DNA of 64,000 bases from Hypanus sabinus (Eukaryota): NCBI RefSeq assembly GCF_030144855.1, contig NC_082726.1:35278001-35342000 (forward strand), written 5' to 3'. Position 1 is the stretch's first letter. Each line of letters opens with the position of its first letter. Below are positions 1 through 12,834 of this stretch, piece after piece. A model generated the notes under the pieces. The model searched no databases, was not told where the DNA came from, and saw only the letters and a list, made by a program, of their open reading frames with translations. Made by a program: the position numbers and the translations under genes.

Positions 1-259
1 TCCAACCCTTCAATCTGCTTTAAATAGTTTTATAACTTACATTCAAACTATGCAGTTCAACTCTCTGTTAAACCTGACAGCTTCACAAAGGCCAGTTTTC
101 ATGTCAAACTGTTGGTTCTATTTTTCTCTGATCTAGAATCTAATGTGAACTATATCTCCTCGAAGGCACTATTATACCCCAAAGGGGGAATGCTTGTACC
201 GGGGTAAAATATTTTGGATGTGATCCTTGTTGGAGATGCATTATTCTATGGTTTGCTGA

Positions 260-427
<168 letters not shown>

Positions 428-936
428 TAACGTGGCGGTGACATTAAAACACTATTCTCTCTTCCCTTTACAATTTCCCTCCATTGTCAGTGGTAACTCT
501 TGCTGAGGTTTGGTGTCAAGCCCTATCCTTGCAACCTTCCACGTCAGTTTCATTTGGAAGGTAGCGGGAATACTTCCCTCCACAGGCTCTGAATGCCTGG
601 ATAGAGTCCTGTGTAGAGAGATTTGCTTTCCATAACTGTTCTTTAAATGACAAGTGACCATGTGGTTTACAGAAATAATTCTTGCAAAACCCAGACTGAC
701 AGTTTAGTTCAAGCACATGTTAGCAGTTAACAGAGTGAAGGACTAAGGGTGCTGCTTTGCTGGATTTGTCTATTATTAAGTGACTGATACCCGTAAGTGA
801 GTCATAAGAACGAAGGAAATGTGCTAATTTACACATATCAAATCCTGTGAATGGTATTTGGCAAAAAACTTGTTTTAATTTTGTTTCAGGCAACAGATAT
901 AAACTAATTCCCAATAGGACTTCTTTCAAGCTATAG

Positions 937-1145
937 TACTATGCAGAAGTCCTAGGGACATGTAAAAAAAATTCTTTAAATTGAAGATGCTTTCAAAAAT
1001 AATGAAATATGAAGTTTCTAAGTGTCAAAAATAATTAGAAAACAGCAGAAAAATGAAATCAATTCAATATTTCATGTGACCACCCTTTGCCTTTAAAACT
1101 GCATCAGTTCACTGTCATGCAGTTTTAGCAGAAAATCGGCTGGTC
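937..1145. mobile_element. Tc1-like terminal fragment
   Basis: Resembles a degenerate Tc1 TIR and subterminal region (gtgaccaccctttgcctttaaaactgcatca). No partner TIR seen. Confidence 0.35.
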
Positions 1146-1159
1146 GAGGACAGGTGCCG

Positions 1160-1540
1160 TGGGTTGGGTTTATTCTGCTGGAGTGTAGAAAGCTATGGGA
1201 TGACTTTCATAGGAGTTTATAAAATTACAGAGGGGGTTGCATAGTCAGAAACTTTTTCCTAGGGCAGAGTAATCTAGAGCTAGAGGACACATGATTAAAA
1301 TAAGAGGGTGAAAATATGAAGAAGATTAGAGGGATAAGTGCTTCACGTAGAGGGTTAATATGTGGAAAGAACTGTCAGAGGCAATGTTGGAAGCAGATGC
1401 AATTACATCTTTCGAAGGTGAATAATAGATGTGTGGAATGGAAAGAAATTGAGGAATATGGGTCTAATGCAGGCAGATGGAATTAATATAGGTAAGCATT
1501 ATGGTCAGCATGACAAGATGGACCTGTTTCTGTGTTAATG
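1160..1540 (+). mobile_element. CR1 LINE 3' fragment, old
   Basis: Degenerate match to the ORF2 C-terminus and 3' UTR of the better preserved CR1 copies in this window (e.g. 36000-36400). Confidence 0.7.
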
Positions 1541-1633
1541 GTACTGAAGAATACTGATGTGGGCTGAGTAATCATCAGCACTTCCTAATACAAGAAAGCC
1601 TGAAATGGCAAAGTCTTGTGAATCCAACAAACC

Positions 1634-1732
1634 TCCCTTCAGTCCCGCTGAAGGGTTTCGGCCCGGAATGTTGACTGTACTTCTTTCCATTGATGCTGCC
1701 TGGCCTACTGAGTTCCTCCATATTTTATGTTT
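1634..1732 (+). mobile_element. Penelope-like terminal fragment with degenerate hammerhead motif
   Basis: agtcccgctgaagggtttcggcccggaatgttgact...gatgctgcctggcctactgagttcctcca, the same module as at about 18050, 20700, 56200 and 59150. Confidence 0.7.
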
Positions 1733-2544
1733 GAACCTCCCTTCAGTCATCGATTGCCCAGTTGTAGCACAGATGTTCTCTGTCCTGTACAAAGTCTCTC
1801 TGGCCAATGTGATCAATTTATATATATGGCTCCTTAATTAACTCTTCTTCAGGCCTTTTGTGCATTTCCAAACAACGTTGTTTTCTGCTTCTATGTTAAT
1901 TTCCTGAATCTAGTTTTAATAGCAAGCATGAGATAACACCACAATCCCAGCTGTTTACTGTACTCTCTCAGGTTGCTAAATACCAAATCCATTCAAGCTT
2001 CTTCATCCTCTGTCTTGCTCCTCATTCTTTGTACTGTTGTCTCTTCTCCCCACTGGTACCTTGTTGATCAGTTTTCCCCGTTCCTTTCTCTCTTTATCCC
2101 TGTTCCCTTTTCTTGACTATGTGTTTGAGGCACCACACACCCGCCTTCTAGAATTCTTGGTGCTCTATAACAAGTTTCTGAGTTACTTTAGAAACTTTTA
2201 GGAGAGGATAAAAACTAATCTCTTGCTGACGTGGTGTCCTTTACATTTCAATCATCTCCATTCAGCTTTCCCCTCACCGTAAACCCCACTGGCTCAAGAA
2301 GTGCAGGTGAGCAAAAACCAGAAGTTGTAGAATATCCCACTTTTCCACTTGAACTCAGATTTTCTTCAGCTTTCCAGCCCAACAGGTAGGCTGGTTGATT
2401 CCCTGGCAAGTAGAGAAGTTCAAGGTTGATTAAGATTCATCACAGGCAGAGAGAAGGGAGAGGAGTTCTAGGGGTCAGTGATTCTTCTTATTTCTCTTTT
2501 ATCTAACAGTTTTCTTGGGTCTGTATTACCTGGCCCTTTCCTGG

Positions 2545-2815
2545 GTCAGCCCAGTAGTGTAATGGTAAATGCAACACTTTACAGTACAGGCGACCCCAGG
2601 TTCAATTCCCACCAATGTCTATACCTTTTCCCCATGGCCACATGTGTTTCCACTAAGTGCTCCAGTTCCCTCCCGTAGATGAACTTGTTTGTAGGTTCAT
2701 TAGTCATTGTAAATTGTCCCATGATTAGGCTCGGATTAAATAGGTGGGTTGTTGGGCAGCACAGCTCGAAGGGCCAGAAGAGCCTGTTCTGTGCTGCATC
2801 TCAATAAAATAAAAA
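2545..2815 (+). mobile_element. tRNA-derived SINE with CR1-like tail (HE1-type)
   Basis: A-box-like tagtgtaatgg, B-box ggttcaattcc, tail gaagggccagaagagcctgttctgtgctg and an A-rich end. Confidence 0.65.
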
Positions 2816-3089
2816 ATGATAATATTCAGTTCCTTTCTGCTCTACCAGTGTGAATTCAGAAGTTCCACCTCACTTCAAACACTTGGAGAAACATCTAAGT
2901 TCTTCATAATACATTTCTGATTAAGGATTAACTTTATTCACTGCATCATCTTCATGTTTTAGATATTTGCTGTGGTGTGTTGGCACTGCATGCAACAAAA
3001 ACAACATTCACAGTTATAAAGTATTATATCAAAAATAAAGTTAGAAGCTAAAAATATGGATATGGAATAAAATGTGCATAAATAGATAA

Positions 3090-3300
3090 ATGTTGTTCAG
3101 TGCCATTGAGTTGTTGTTGACTCATGGCAACCCTATGGATGGTACAGTTGTCCATAGGGTTTTCAAGGCAAGATACGGAAGCCGTTTGCCATGCCTTTCT
3201 TCTGGACAGATACTGCTACTGCCCAGATCGGGACTTGTCCGGACTCAAACTCAGGACCATCTGCTTCGAAGTCCAGTGCTGAGGCCACACTGGACTTACC
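3090..3300 (-). mobile_element. tRNA-headed SINE with RTE-type body and tail, inside an older LINE tail (about 2920-3420)
   Basis: The minus strand has a tRNA-like head, the RTE motif gaaaggcatggcaaac, and the RTE-type end gggttgccatgagtcaacaacaactcaatggcactgaacaaca. Confidence 0.6.
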
Positions 3301-3936
3301 AGCATGTATATACAATGTAAACGCAATTATAGAAAGTGGTTTAAAGTGTTTACAGTGCAGTGACTGAAGGGGGTTGTCACTAGAATTGTTGATCAAGTTA
3401 ATTGCCTGGTGAAAAAAAGATTAAGATGGTATGACGTTTTTGTCTGAATGGCCCTGTAATGCTCATTTAATACATTTCTCTTTCCATACAAGTTCACATT
3501 TTGATGAGCTAGCGAATCCATTTGTTGTAAAGGTGATGTTGGATGGAAGGGGCAGTTTTTTACCAGGTAGTATTGCCACACAGTTTAGTGAAATTTAAGC
3601 AGACTACCTCTATCTAGTACATAGGGAACTCTGGTTCTCTTTACCTCCTTGGTCCCTTAGAGGGAGTGCCTCCATCGCCCTACAGTGAAGTTGCTTATGA
3701 GGGCACAACATGAACTAACACAAGATCTATTGTTTTACCTTCTGGATTACAAGTGACCTTGGCAGAGATGCAAGAACATGTTAGGGAGTTTGCCAAGCTC
3801 AACACAGTACATTGAGTCAGCTCTTCTATTAATTGAGGCATACTTTGGTTCTCTTGTTTCCTACGTTCTTTATTTAAAATGTTTATTTGCCTTGTTTTTC
3901 ATTTTCTTTTATCCTCGTGGACAAACCCAGAAGTGA

Positions 3937-4086
<150 letters not shown>

Positions 4087-4154
4087 TAACAACCACTGGG
4101 AACAAAGGCGTTTATTCAAAAGACTATGAAGAAAATAAGGCACCAAAAGTGGAG

Positions 4155-4380
4155 CCTTTGCCTCACAGTGCCAGAGACCTGGGGTCAGCCCTCGTCCTGG
4201 GTGGTGTCTGTGTGGAGTTTGCACATCCTCCCTGTGACTGGCTGGGTTTCCCCTGGGTGTTCCCACATCCCAGTGATGTGTGGGTCGGTAGGTTAATCGG
4301 CTGTACCTTGCCCCTGGTGTGTGGGTGAGTGGTGGAATCTCGGAGCAGTTGATGGGAATGTGGAGAGAATAAAAACACGG
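4155..4380 (+). mobile_element. tRNA-derived SINE fragment
   Basis: Core gtctgtgtggagtttgcacatcctccctgtgactggctgggtttcc, typical of fish and shark SINEs. Confidence 0.6.
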
Positions 4381-4404
4381 GACTAACATGCGATCGGTGT
4401 CCCT

Positions 4405-4567
4405 GGCCTCCAAGAGGACTACCGCCTTATCGTTGGGTTTGGAGGCTTGTGTACTTCATTGACCCGGAGAGCTATGCTGACTGGAGTCAGGGCTTTTTGC
4501 TTCATCTCTTGGTAGGGCCACCCATGTCAAACAGGTCAAAAGATAGAGGCTAGCTTAAGGGCAGTCC
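4405..4567 (+). ncRNA. Candidate HDV-like self-cleaving ribozyme
   Basis: Pairings in HDV order: P1 4405-4413/4439-4447, P2 4416-4423/4560-4567 (7 of 8 pairs), P3 4424-4426/4436-4438, loop TTATCGTTG, and J4/2-like GCTTAAG before P2'. Confidence 0.5.
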
Positions 4568-4790
4568 AGCAGATCTAGCGGTCAGCTCAGAGCTAACAAC
4601 CCTGACTGGTAAAACAAACTTCTTGTGGAAACAGCAATGAGAATCCGAGTGTGACGGTATTCCTGAGTCTCCACCCAGAACTTGCATGACCGACAGTAGT
4701 GAAAACCGAGAGAGAGTTCAGAACAGCGCCAGAGATAGAGGACCTTCATTGATGTCCTCAGCGCCAGTGGCAGGGATATGGTCAGTTTGA
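4405..4790 (+). mobile_element. Non-autonomous RTE-clade element (RTE 5' UTR plus short 3' part)
   Basis: ggactaccgccttatcgttggg...gagagctatg...ggtagggccacccatgtcaaacaggtc matches the Expander/Rex3/BovB-type RTE 5' leader as I recall it. Confidence 0.65.
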
Positions 4791-5732
4791 GCATGAAGTC
4801 TCCTCTATTTTTTGTGCAACTGTGAGAACAGTGTGCTGGCTCTGCCTACAGACCCTGGTACGCCCCCAGAGCGTGTGTGCTGTCTCTGTCTACGAATACC
4901 AGTTCGAGGAACAGAACATGTTGAAAAATAATTATAACACCTTGTTTACATGCTGCAGCATTTTCTGTTTGCATTTTAGATCTCCAGCGTCTGCAGGCTT
5001 TTATTATAAACAGGATGTTCTTATTTTCTGACCTTCCCCCATGATGAACAAAATGCTAAACTGATACTCTTCCAACTCACAGCAGACACAGAAGTGAAAG
5101 GAATTTGTTTAAACACTGCTGACAAGAAATTCATCCCAGTTAGTAGCACTAAGCACACATTTGGTAACACTGCACTCCAATTCCGAAGTTCAGTTCTGCA
5201 GAACCATAATCCCGGAAACAAAGTGAACACGTTGCTGCTGCTACTTAGTGTGTTTGTGTAAATTCCGTGTGTACAAACAGGGCCCTTATTTCTGTGGAGC
5301 TTACTGAGAGGAAGCGGGAGTTTGTTTTACCTGTGTTTTTTTTTAATTTCTAGTCCATTCCTTTAGTACTATAGGTTTGTAGGTTAGGATACAGGTAGAA
5401 GGTTTACACACTCAGCTGGGTGAGTCTTACACCTGAGCCTGAGTGTGACAGGCTGAGAGAGTGGAAGAGTGTCCTTATGAGTAGAGGTGGAAGACTGAAA
5501 TACTTTGAGAGCTTTGCTCACATCCTGGTCGGTCCTGGAACCTGGCGCCTCCCCTTCCCCCTGGACAAGTAATGCTGTCTGTAGTTGGGAAGGTGTACTC
5601 CACCTGATGCTGTGGGGTGCGCAGGTTGTATGAGCACCTCGACACTGACGGAATATCTGTAACTTGGATTTGTATGTTGTCCTACAGCGGTTAAGCTTTG
5701 ATCCTTTGATGTGGTAATTTGCCTTTCCTCAG

Positions 5733-5822
5733 GTGTGCCACGTGAACCTTGAGGGTCAGCCATTTTATTCCAAAAAGGACAAGCCACTCTGCAAGAAGCA
5801 TGCTCACGCCATTAATGTTTAA
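5733..5822 (+). CDS. ldb3: ldb3 last coding exon (end of LIM3, stop codon)
   Basis: Acceptor tttcctcag|. Reads [29 protein letters not shown], with TAA at 5820-5822. Confidence 0.96.
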   Translation: MCHVNLEGQPFYSKKDKPLCKKHAHAINV

Positions 5823-7885
5823 ACATCAGGGACCATCGAAGGAAAGATCCTGGCAGAGAGAGCACAGCTCTTCCAACCAACAGAACCAACAACTTCCTTT
5901 TAAGTCTTTTTATTCTTTTTTTTTTGTTTTAATGATGTTTCGAATAATTTACCTGAGATTGTGCGTGGTTGAAAGAAATTAGTTGCTGGGTGGGATGTAC
6001 AGTCAGAATAGTATCATCCCACTATGCGTATTCAATACTAACAAAACTCATTGCACATGACTAGAAAGTTTACAGAGATAAGCTTGATGAATGCTATTCC
6101 TCTGATCCTGATCTGATGGCTATTTTTGCTCAAAGCCAGCAAGTTTCCAATTCAGTGATAGTGTCTGCACCTGCATTAAATAGCCATCATTCAGACTGCA
6201 TCTGCACTAACTGTGTTCAATGGCCTAGTCCTGTCCTTTTTTATAAGTGCCCTGCCTGGCTCCTGGACTTAATTTGATACTCGTTGGTTTTCGGTGTCTT
6301 GTTTGAGTCTGTACAGGGATTCATGGAACTGCCTTAGCTGAGCACTAACCATGTTTCCGATGCCTTTTCTTGTTTAGATACTCTAAGATAACTGTCTAAG
6401 GAGTAAAACCCTTCTTGTGGGTATGTATGATAGCTGGTCTCCCAGTGCTGTCCCACAATTTTATGCCTGCTCAGCATGGGGATGAGGAGGGAGGCTTTAC
6501 ATGTTTGCAGTGTGCAGCCGACCACACACGATTCCTTCAGTGCTGTGATCTCTGATTCCATATTTATGTTTAAATAGTTACCTAAAGCCTTAAAACAAGC
6601 CTGGGCAGGCCAGCCCTCTTTTGCAAAGCAACCGGAAAGTTCCACAAATCTTACTGGCAATTACTGTGTTCTGCTGAATTTTTTTTTATGCTGCAATTTT
6701 CCAAAAATTGGCAGAACCAAGTTTAAGTGCAAATTACACTGAACTACAAGTCTCCTTAATCTACTGTGCACCTATAAGAATGTGGTTCTACCTACAAACC
6801 TGGGTATGTTATCAGAGTGAATGTACCACTACTGGAAGTCCCTGCTGAATACACTCTCTTGCAGAAATTCAACAGCAGGCAGTGATTAAATTGGCTGTTT
6901 CAGATGAGAGGACACAATTAATGTCTATAATTTAACAATGTGGTAATTTTAAACTTACTAAGAAAGTGTTGCTGTCTAATAATATCAGCATATGGTTCAT
7001 TTTTAATGTTACTTTAAAATGGAATTACTTTCAGCTAATGGACAAGATACTCTGATTAAAAATGCTTATTTTTAGAGTCATGCCAATGAAACAGTTCCAA
7101 GTTACCACACTTACATGAGAAGAATATATTGTAAGGGAACTCGTGATATTACATTTTAACCTACCTGACTGCTCTGCTTCACAGTAGGATTTGTGTATGG
7201 TGATAAGGAAACAAATTCAGGCAGAAATGTGAACTGGATGCAGTTCATGCTTCAATTGTCAATTCCTACTACACCTTTATTAGGGATTTATTTTTCCATG
7301 AGCTAACATTGTCCACGTATGCCTATTTTGAGCTGGACAAGTCGGAGAGAATTACAATTAGTTAATTCTTAATTACACATTCTCTTACTGCTTCTCAAAC
7401 AGGGTAGCTTTGATTGGGCCATTTTCTATTTGGATCTGACTTGGCTTTCTGAAGGCTAGTCACATACAGCTATATGGAAATGAAATATTATTAGTTTGCG
7501 CATCCACTTGTGTGTTACTTAATCACGTATGGTATTACGAGAAATTATGGTAGTTAGATATTTCTTATTATTTTATTTCTTGAATAACAGTGACATTAAG
7601 CAGTAAGTTTTTATCCCTTTTTAACTCTTAATGTAAGAGTTAATCACTTGTGGTGTCGCCTGGTTTAAAAAAATAAGTGGCTTGGGTTCTGATGTACAGC
7701 CACATTACGTTCCCTGCTCAGTCAACCTCAGTCCCCCTGCAAATACAACAGCAGATAATTTTTTTCCTGTGACTATAGGGTCATATTCCCCTTCGTATCA
7801 TCGTCCCGTAGGGCTTGCTTTATTTCACCTACAGCAACAGAGAAGGATTGATGCACACAATAAAGATGTGTTGTGCTTTGCATCT
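5823..7885 (+). other. ldb3: ldb3 3' UTR (probable extent)
   Basis: Repeat-poor, AT-rich sequence after the stop, up to an AATAAA followed by a GU/U-rich tract. The 3' end is inferred. Confidence 0.55.
7859..7864 (+). terminator. Candidate polyadenylation signal of ldb3
   Basis: AATAAA followed by gatgtgttgtgctttgcatcttcattttt. Confidence 0.55.
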
Positions 7886-8164
7886 TCATTTTTAATGTTT
7901 GCAGAAACATTCAGGTTATTTTTGCTTCTTCCCAGCGAACAGAACGTGACTGCCAAAAAGCTTATCATAAAATTAGTCTGAGCATTTTACCCATCTGCTG
8001 CTTATTAAACACAGAGTTTAAAAAGAGAGGAACAGAAGAAAGTACTTTAGATTTAATTGGCAATTGTAATGGATGAGCAAGGACCAAGGAGAGATTATTG
8101 AACAACCTTTGAGTTGGAATACAAGAAACAACTGTGTAATTCATCAAAAGAATGCATCTGTGAG

Positions 8165-8515
8165 ACACGTTATGTGCCATGGTGTATGACGTGGGTGATC
8201 ATGGTCTTTGACCTTGATTGTTCTTGGCAAATTTTTCTACAGAAGTGGTTTGCCATTGCCGCCTTCTGGGCAGTGTTTTTACTAGGCAGGTGACCCCAGC
8301 CAGTATCAATACTCTTCATTCAGAGATTGTCTTCCTAGCATCAGTGGTCGCACAACCAGGACTTACAATGTGTACTAGCTGCTCATACGATTAGTGTCCA
8401 CTACTTACTCCTGTGGCTTCACATGACCCCGATCGGCGGGCTAAGCAAGTGCTACACCTTGCCCAAGTGCACCTTAGGCCTCCTTTGGTAGGGATGTATT
8501 TCCACCCCATCACCC
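8165..8515 (-). mobile_element. RTE-related non-autonomous element or SINE
   Basis: The minus strand carries gaaggcggcaatggcaaaccacttctgtagaaaaatttgcc (RTE/BovB-type motif). Confidence 0.55.
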
Positions 8516-11500
8516 TAGTCCTAAAAGTAGACACTACTTTAGAATCTTGATCTTTATTGACTTTTAACATGTCGGTCAGGCTCCCAAGCAAAGCATGGAT
8601 GGATGAAATAGGCAGGGTTATTTTAATTTAACTAGTGAACTTCCACAGCTGGTGTCTTATGTGCTGAAGTTATGCATTGGAGGTGATTTCTGCATGACCT
8701 GGAGCACTATGGCAGGTGCCTCCTCTGTGGGGAAATGGCACCCCGATTGTGATTCATGCTGTCACGGGTATCATTTCCTCATCATAGTTCACCCATGTGA
8801 TGATGCCAACATTGTGCACATCACACAGTTCTTACTGATCTCCGAGCTTTGGTGCTCACTCTCTGTATAACAGTGAGCATCACAACATCCATGTGAATTG
8901 AAGGACCCTGAGGGAAGATGCACTATATTGTTGCTGAATTTCCCAAAGTTACTTAAAGTGCTTCCCTTTAACAGATGGTCTAAAGAAATTTTTATGTTTA
9001 AATCCTACAAACTGAGGCACTGGTGATCACAGCATAGGGTTGATTGGGCCACCATACAAGGCATGGGAGACCCCAATGCTTAGATTACTCAGCACAGAAT
9101 GCCTTAGGTCCATCTACATGATGCTGATGATAGGGTCTGGTGGGAGATCTATGGACTAAGTCGTTGCATGTTGATAACTCTGTCAGATTCCAAACTGAGA
9201 CATGAGCACCAGGGATCAGAGGTTGGGATGAAGCTCAAGATAATGGTAGGAAGCTATAGAGGACAAAGAGATGAGTTGGGGTGCAAAATGGTCAGGAGCA
9301 AGAGTGGGACATAGAGGGTGTGAGAGAGGAGACCTTCGGGAATGATCAGTAGTGTGGGGGTTAGGAGACAACAGATCTTAAAATTAAACAGATGCTGCTG
9401 TGGAACATAAAAGTGATGTTGCCTAACTTCAGGAGAAACAAAATAAATCAATTAAAACACTTCTGCAAAGGAAATTGTGCAGAATGAGCTCCTGAAGATC
9501 GATCTCATTGTACAGCAGTAGACCACATAATGTGATGGATATGAAGTTAACTACCATAATAATACTTAGCCTGATTAGTTATATAATCCTTTGAAAGTTT
9601 AGGCTATTATCTTCTTTATTATCATCCCCCCCCCCCCCCCACCAGATCAGCCAAGCTTTTAATTCCTCTAACATCTGTGCAACCCTCATCCAGTCATCTA
9701 TCATTGAAGCTCCTGCCTGCTGGGGTTCTCCTTGGGAATTCCCTCAAGCATTCTGCTGCCCTCCCCCCCCCCCCCCACTCCATATTTGCTTATTCATTTA
9801 AGGCTATCCTTAAAACCTGTTTGATCAAGATCCCACTGACCCTCCTACTTTGCCTTGGTTTTTTATTTTGACCTCCACTCAAATGCAAATTGTCCACAAA
9901 TTGGACAACTTTTAGTTGGACTGCAAATATTGTACTTTGTATTTAATTTTGCTGTGTTGATCCCTGATATGTTTTACCATACCAAGGCTTCTCTATCCCC
10001 CGATCCCAACTGTTCACCATCCACTCCGACTTTGTTTCTTTCACCTTCTCTACCATTATTCGATGATGCACAAAATTTTTTCTGTTATCTATTACTGAAT
10101 TTCTCAGTGGCACGCCCTAGAACCAGACATTTGGTGCCCTACGCCTGTTTTACTTTCATAGTGAAATCACTATAATGGATGGAAAAATGTTCAGAATGAG
10201 GTACAGAAAAAAATTAATGACAAGTTCATTTGTTTCTGATGGAGCTAATTATGAAAAGAACAAGAACTTCAGGATGTATATTGTATACATTTCTCTGATA
10301 TAAAGTGAGACTATTGAACTATGAAAGGAATTGCAGTCAGAGGCATGTGAGAACACCCTACTCTAATTAGAATGATTTCAAGCACAGTGAGCTAAATGTC
10401 AAGTATTTACTGAGTTCACCTCTGGTAATCAGCATTGAAAATGATCTAGCACTGATAAACAACTATAAAAGGTGTGCTCATAACTGAAATATTCCCAGTT
10501 CAAAGATACTGCCATGCTGATTCCAGTCAGAGGCAACTGGGCAGGATTCCTTTGTTGTGTTGGAAGCAAGGCAAATCTTTCAGAGGCTCTCTTGAAGAAA
10601 GAGAAAGACTGACATAATTTGAACTTTAAATGGTTACAGCAACAGAAGGCCACAAAAACTAAATTAGGAACCTAAACAAATTACCAATATTTTAATCTGA
10701 TTGATTTATATATTCCCTATCAAACATTACTCTTAAGCACTGAATTTTATCATTCACATTTGATTCATGTGACAGGGAAAGAGGGTAACATGTCTGTGGG
10801 AAACAGGGTTTGTATTAATCTCATCAGATAGAAAGAGAGAGTAACCAGAAAATGAAACCAACTCACTTGCCTTGTAACAATCATCCTCATGAGAAATATA
10901 AAGGAGAACGGGAAGTATGCTTCTGTTATTAACCTCACACATGATAGGTTCATCTCTTGTAAGTAAGCAGTGTAGATTTTTGTTGATACATTGCCTGGGA
11001 AAAACTCAAGAAGGGTAAAAAGATAGCAAAGGAGATTCAATCAGAAGAGTGTAAATCTTCCACTTTTTCCTTTCTGTTCTCCCCAGTATTGAAAATGTAA
11101 ACCCACACAACTTTCAAAGTTGTTCCTCACAAGCTGATGTGTGTTCATGTGGTAGATTGTGCAGTACGTTAATCATGAAGAGGCCAGAACCTTGAATTTT
11201 ACATGAACTAAATATTATGAGCTTTTTTCTTATTTCAATGCACGACTGAAATATCTCAGTTTGAGATTGCTGCTATTGAATTCTCTGCATCCAGCTGCAT
11301 GATGCATTTGAATTTTAAGCTTCCGATATTTATTTGTCCTACAAATACAGTAGGAAAGAAAATTACAATTGCTTAAACAATATTTTTAAATGTTACCTGA
11401 ACTGACATGTTATTTGTTGTCTGGTTTATTAGAAAGGTTTCTCCTGCTGTAGTTGCTGAACAGTTGGAAAATGCAAAGAAGCATAGGGGCTTGATCTCTG

Positions 11501-11589
11501 AGCAACCTTCTCTTTGAGCCCAGCTCTCTGCTGTAAGCTATAGATTGCAGAATTTATTCAGTACAAGTAACTACATGGGAGGGTCTAGA

Positions 11590-11825
11590 ATTGCACGTAG
11601 GCCAGACTAAAATGTTACTTTCCTCTCCTGAAGGACAGTAATAAACTGGATGGCTTTAACAACAGTTAGTATGTTTGCGGTCATCTGTACTTGCACCAGC
11701 TGATTTTCCAAATTTAATTGCACTTAGATCCCGCAGTTCCTCTGGTGAGATTGGAACCCAGGTCCCTGGATGGTTGTTCCAGGTCTCGGGATTACTCGTC
11801 TGGCAATTTAACAATGATGCCAGTG
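11590..11825 (-). mobile_element. Old tRNA-derived SINE fragment
   Basis: The minus strand has the B-box-like gacctgggttccaatctcacc followed by a degenerate LINE-like tail. Confidence 0.45.
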
Positions 11826-12484
11826 TCATAGTCAAGACAATACTGAAACAAGTGAATGTGCAATTTGATCCTGGAAATCCTTGGTACAGATCGAGTCATT
11901 TGTGAAGTGATAGTGGCAGTTTAAGGATACCTCACTATGTAGCCCTGACACTAGCACTTGCCATGGCTTCTGACCACCCGTCGTTTGGCCATGAACTTGG
12001 CAAACTACGTGAACTAATAGGCTTGATTTTTGCCTTTAGTTACTCAGGCCATCTTCTTCATAGCCTGTGATAGAATCTAACCATCTTTCAGGGGTGTTGT
12101 GTGGGAAATCCATGCACTTTTATCCTTTTCTCCCCCTCCCCTTCCTAATTCCATCCTGCATCACCCCCATACCTTCTCTGTTATCCACAATCCCATCCTG
12201 TTTGACCACAATATTTCCTGTGGGTCTGCATGCAAATTCCGCTGCAGATCAAGTTTTAACACTGCTTAGAAAGAGTAAAGTATAGGACAATGTGCTGTTA
12301 ACAATACACATCAAATGTAATAAATATGGAGGAAATGTGATTTCTAAACAATATATTAATTAGTCTCCCTCCAAATCTAATTTTCTTTCAAAACCTGATC
12401 TCTAGCTTTCAACATCAACAAAATGACTCTAATGTTATTTTGTTTTGCAAACTACTTTTTATATGAAAAATGATGACTGATGGA

Positions 12485-12834
12485 AAGAACTTGCAGTCTA
12501 GAGTGCCTTCCACAACTTAAGGATAACTGAAAGCTTAGCAATGAATAAAGTACTGTACTTTTAAAATGTATATCTGTTGAACGATAAAGAAGAGGCCAAC
12601 TTGCATACAGCAAAGTCCCACAGAAAACAATGAGGTAACTAACAAACTTGACGACCGTGTTTACTATAGGATGATTTTTTAAAAAGTTTCATTCAAAAAC
12701 ACAATTTCTGACAAGACTGCACTTGCTCAGTACTGCACTGCAGAAGCAGCTTCAATAACGTGCTCATAAATGGTGCTCACACTCGTAACGTTTTGCCTCA
12801 GTTGTGTGAGCCTTACCATTGAGCTGAAGCTGAC
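12485..12834 (-). mobile_element. Deu-domain SINE (SacSINE1/AmnSINE1-like), degenerate
   Basis: Contains ctgcacttgctcagtactgcactg and acagcaaagtcccacagaaaacaatgag, with a tRNA-like head ending gagctgaagctgac. Confidence 0.55.

Noticed and set aside
2545-2615. tRNA-like A and B boxes as a tRNA gene
   Set aside because: No complete cloverleaf; continues into a SINE body and LINE-like tail.
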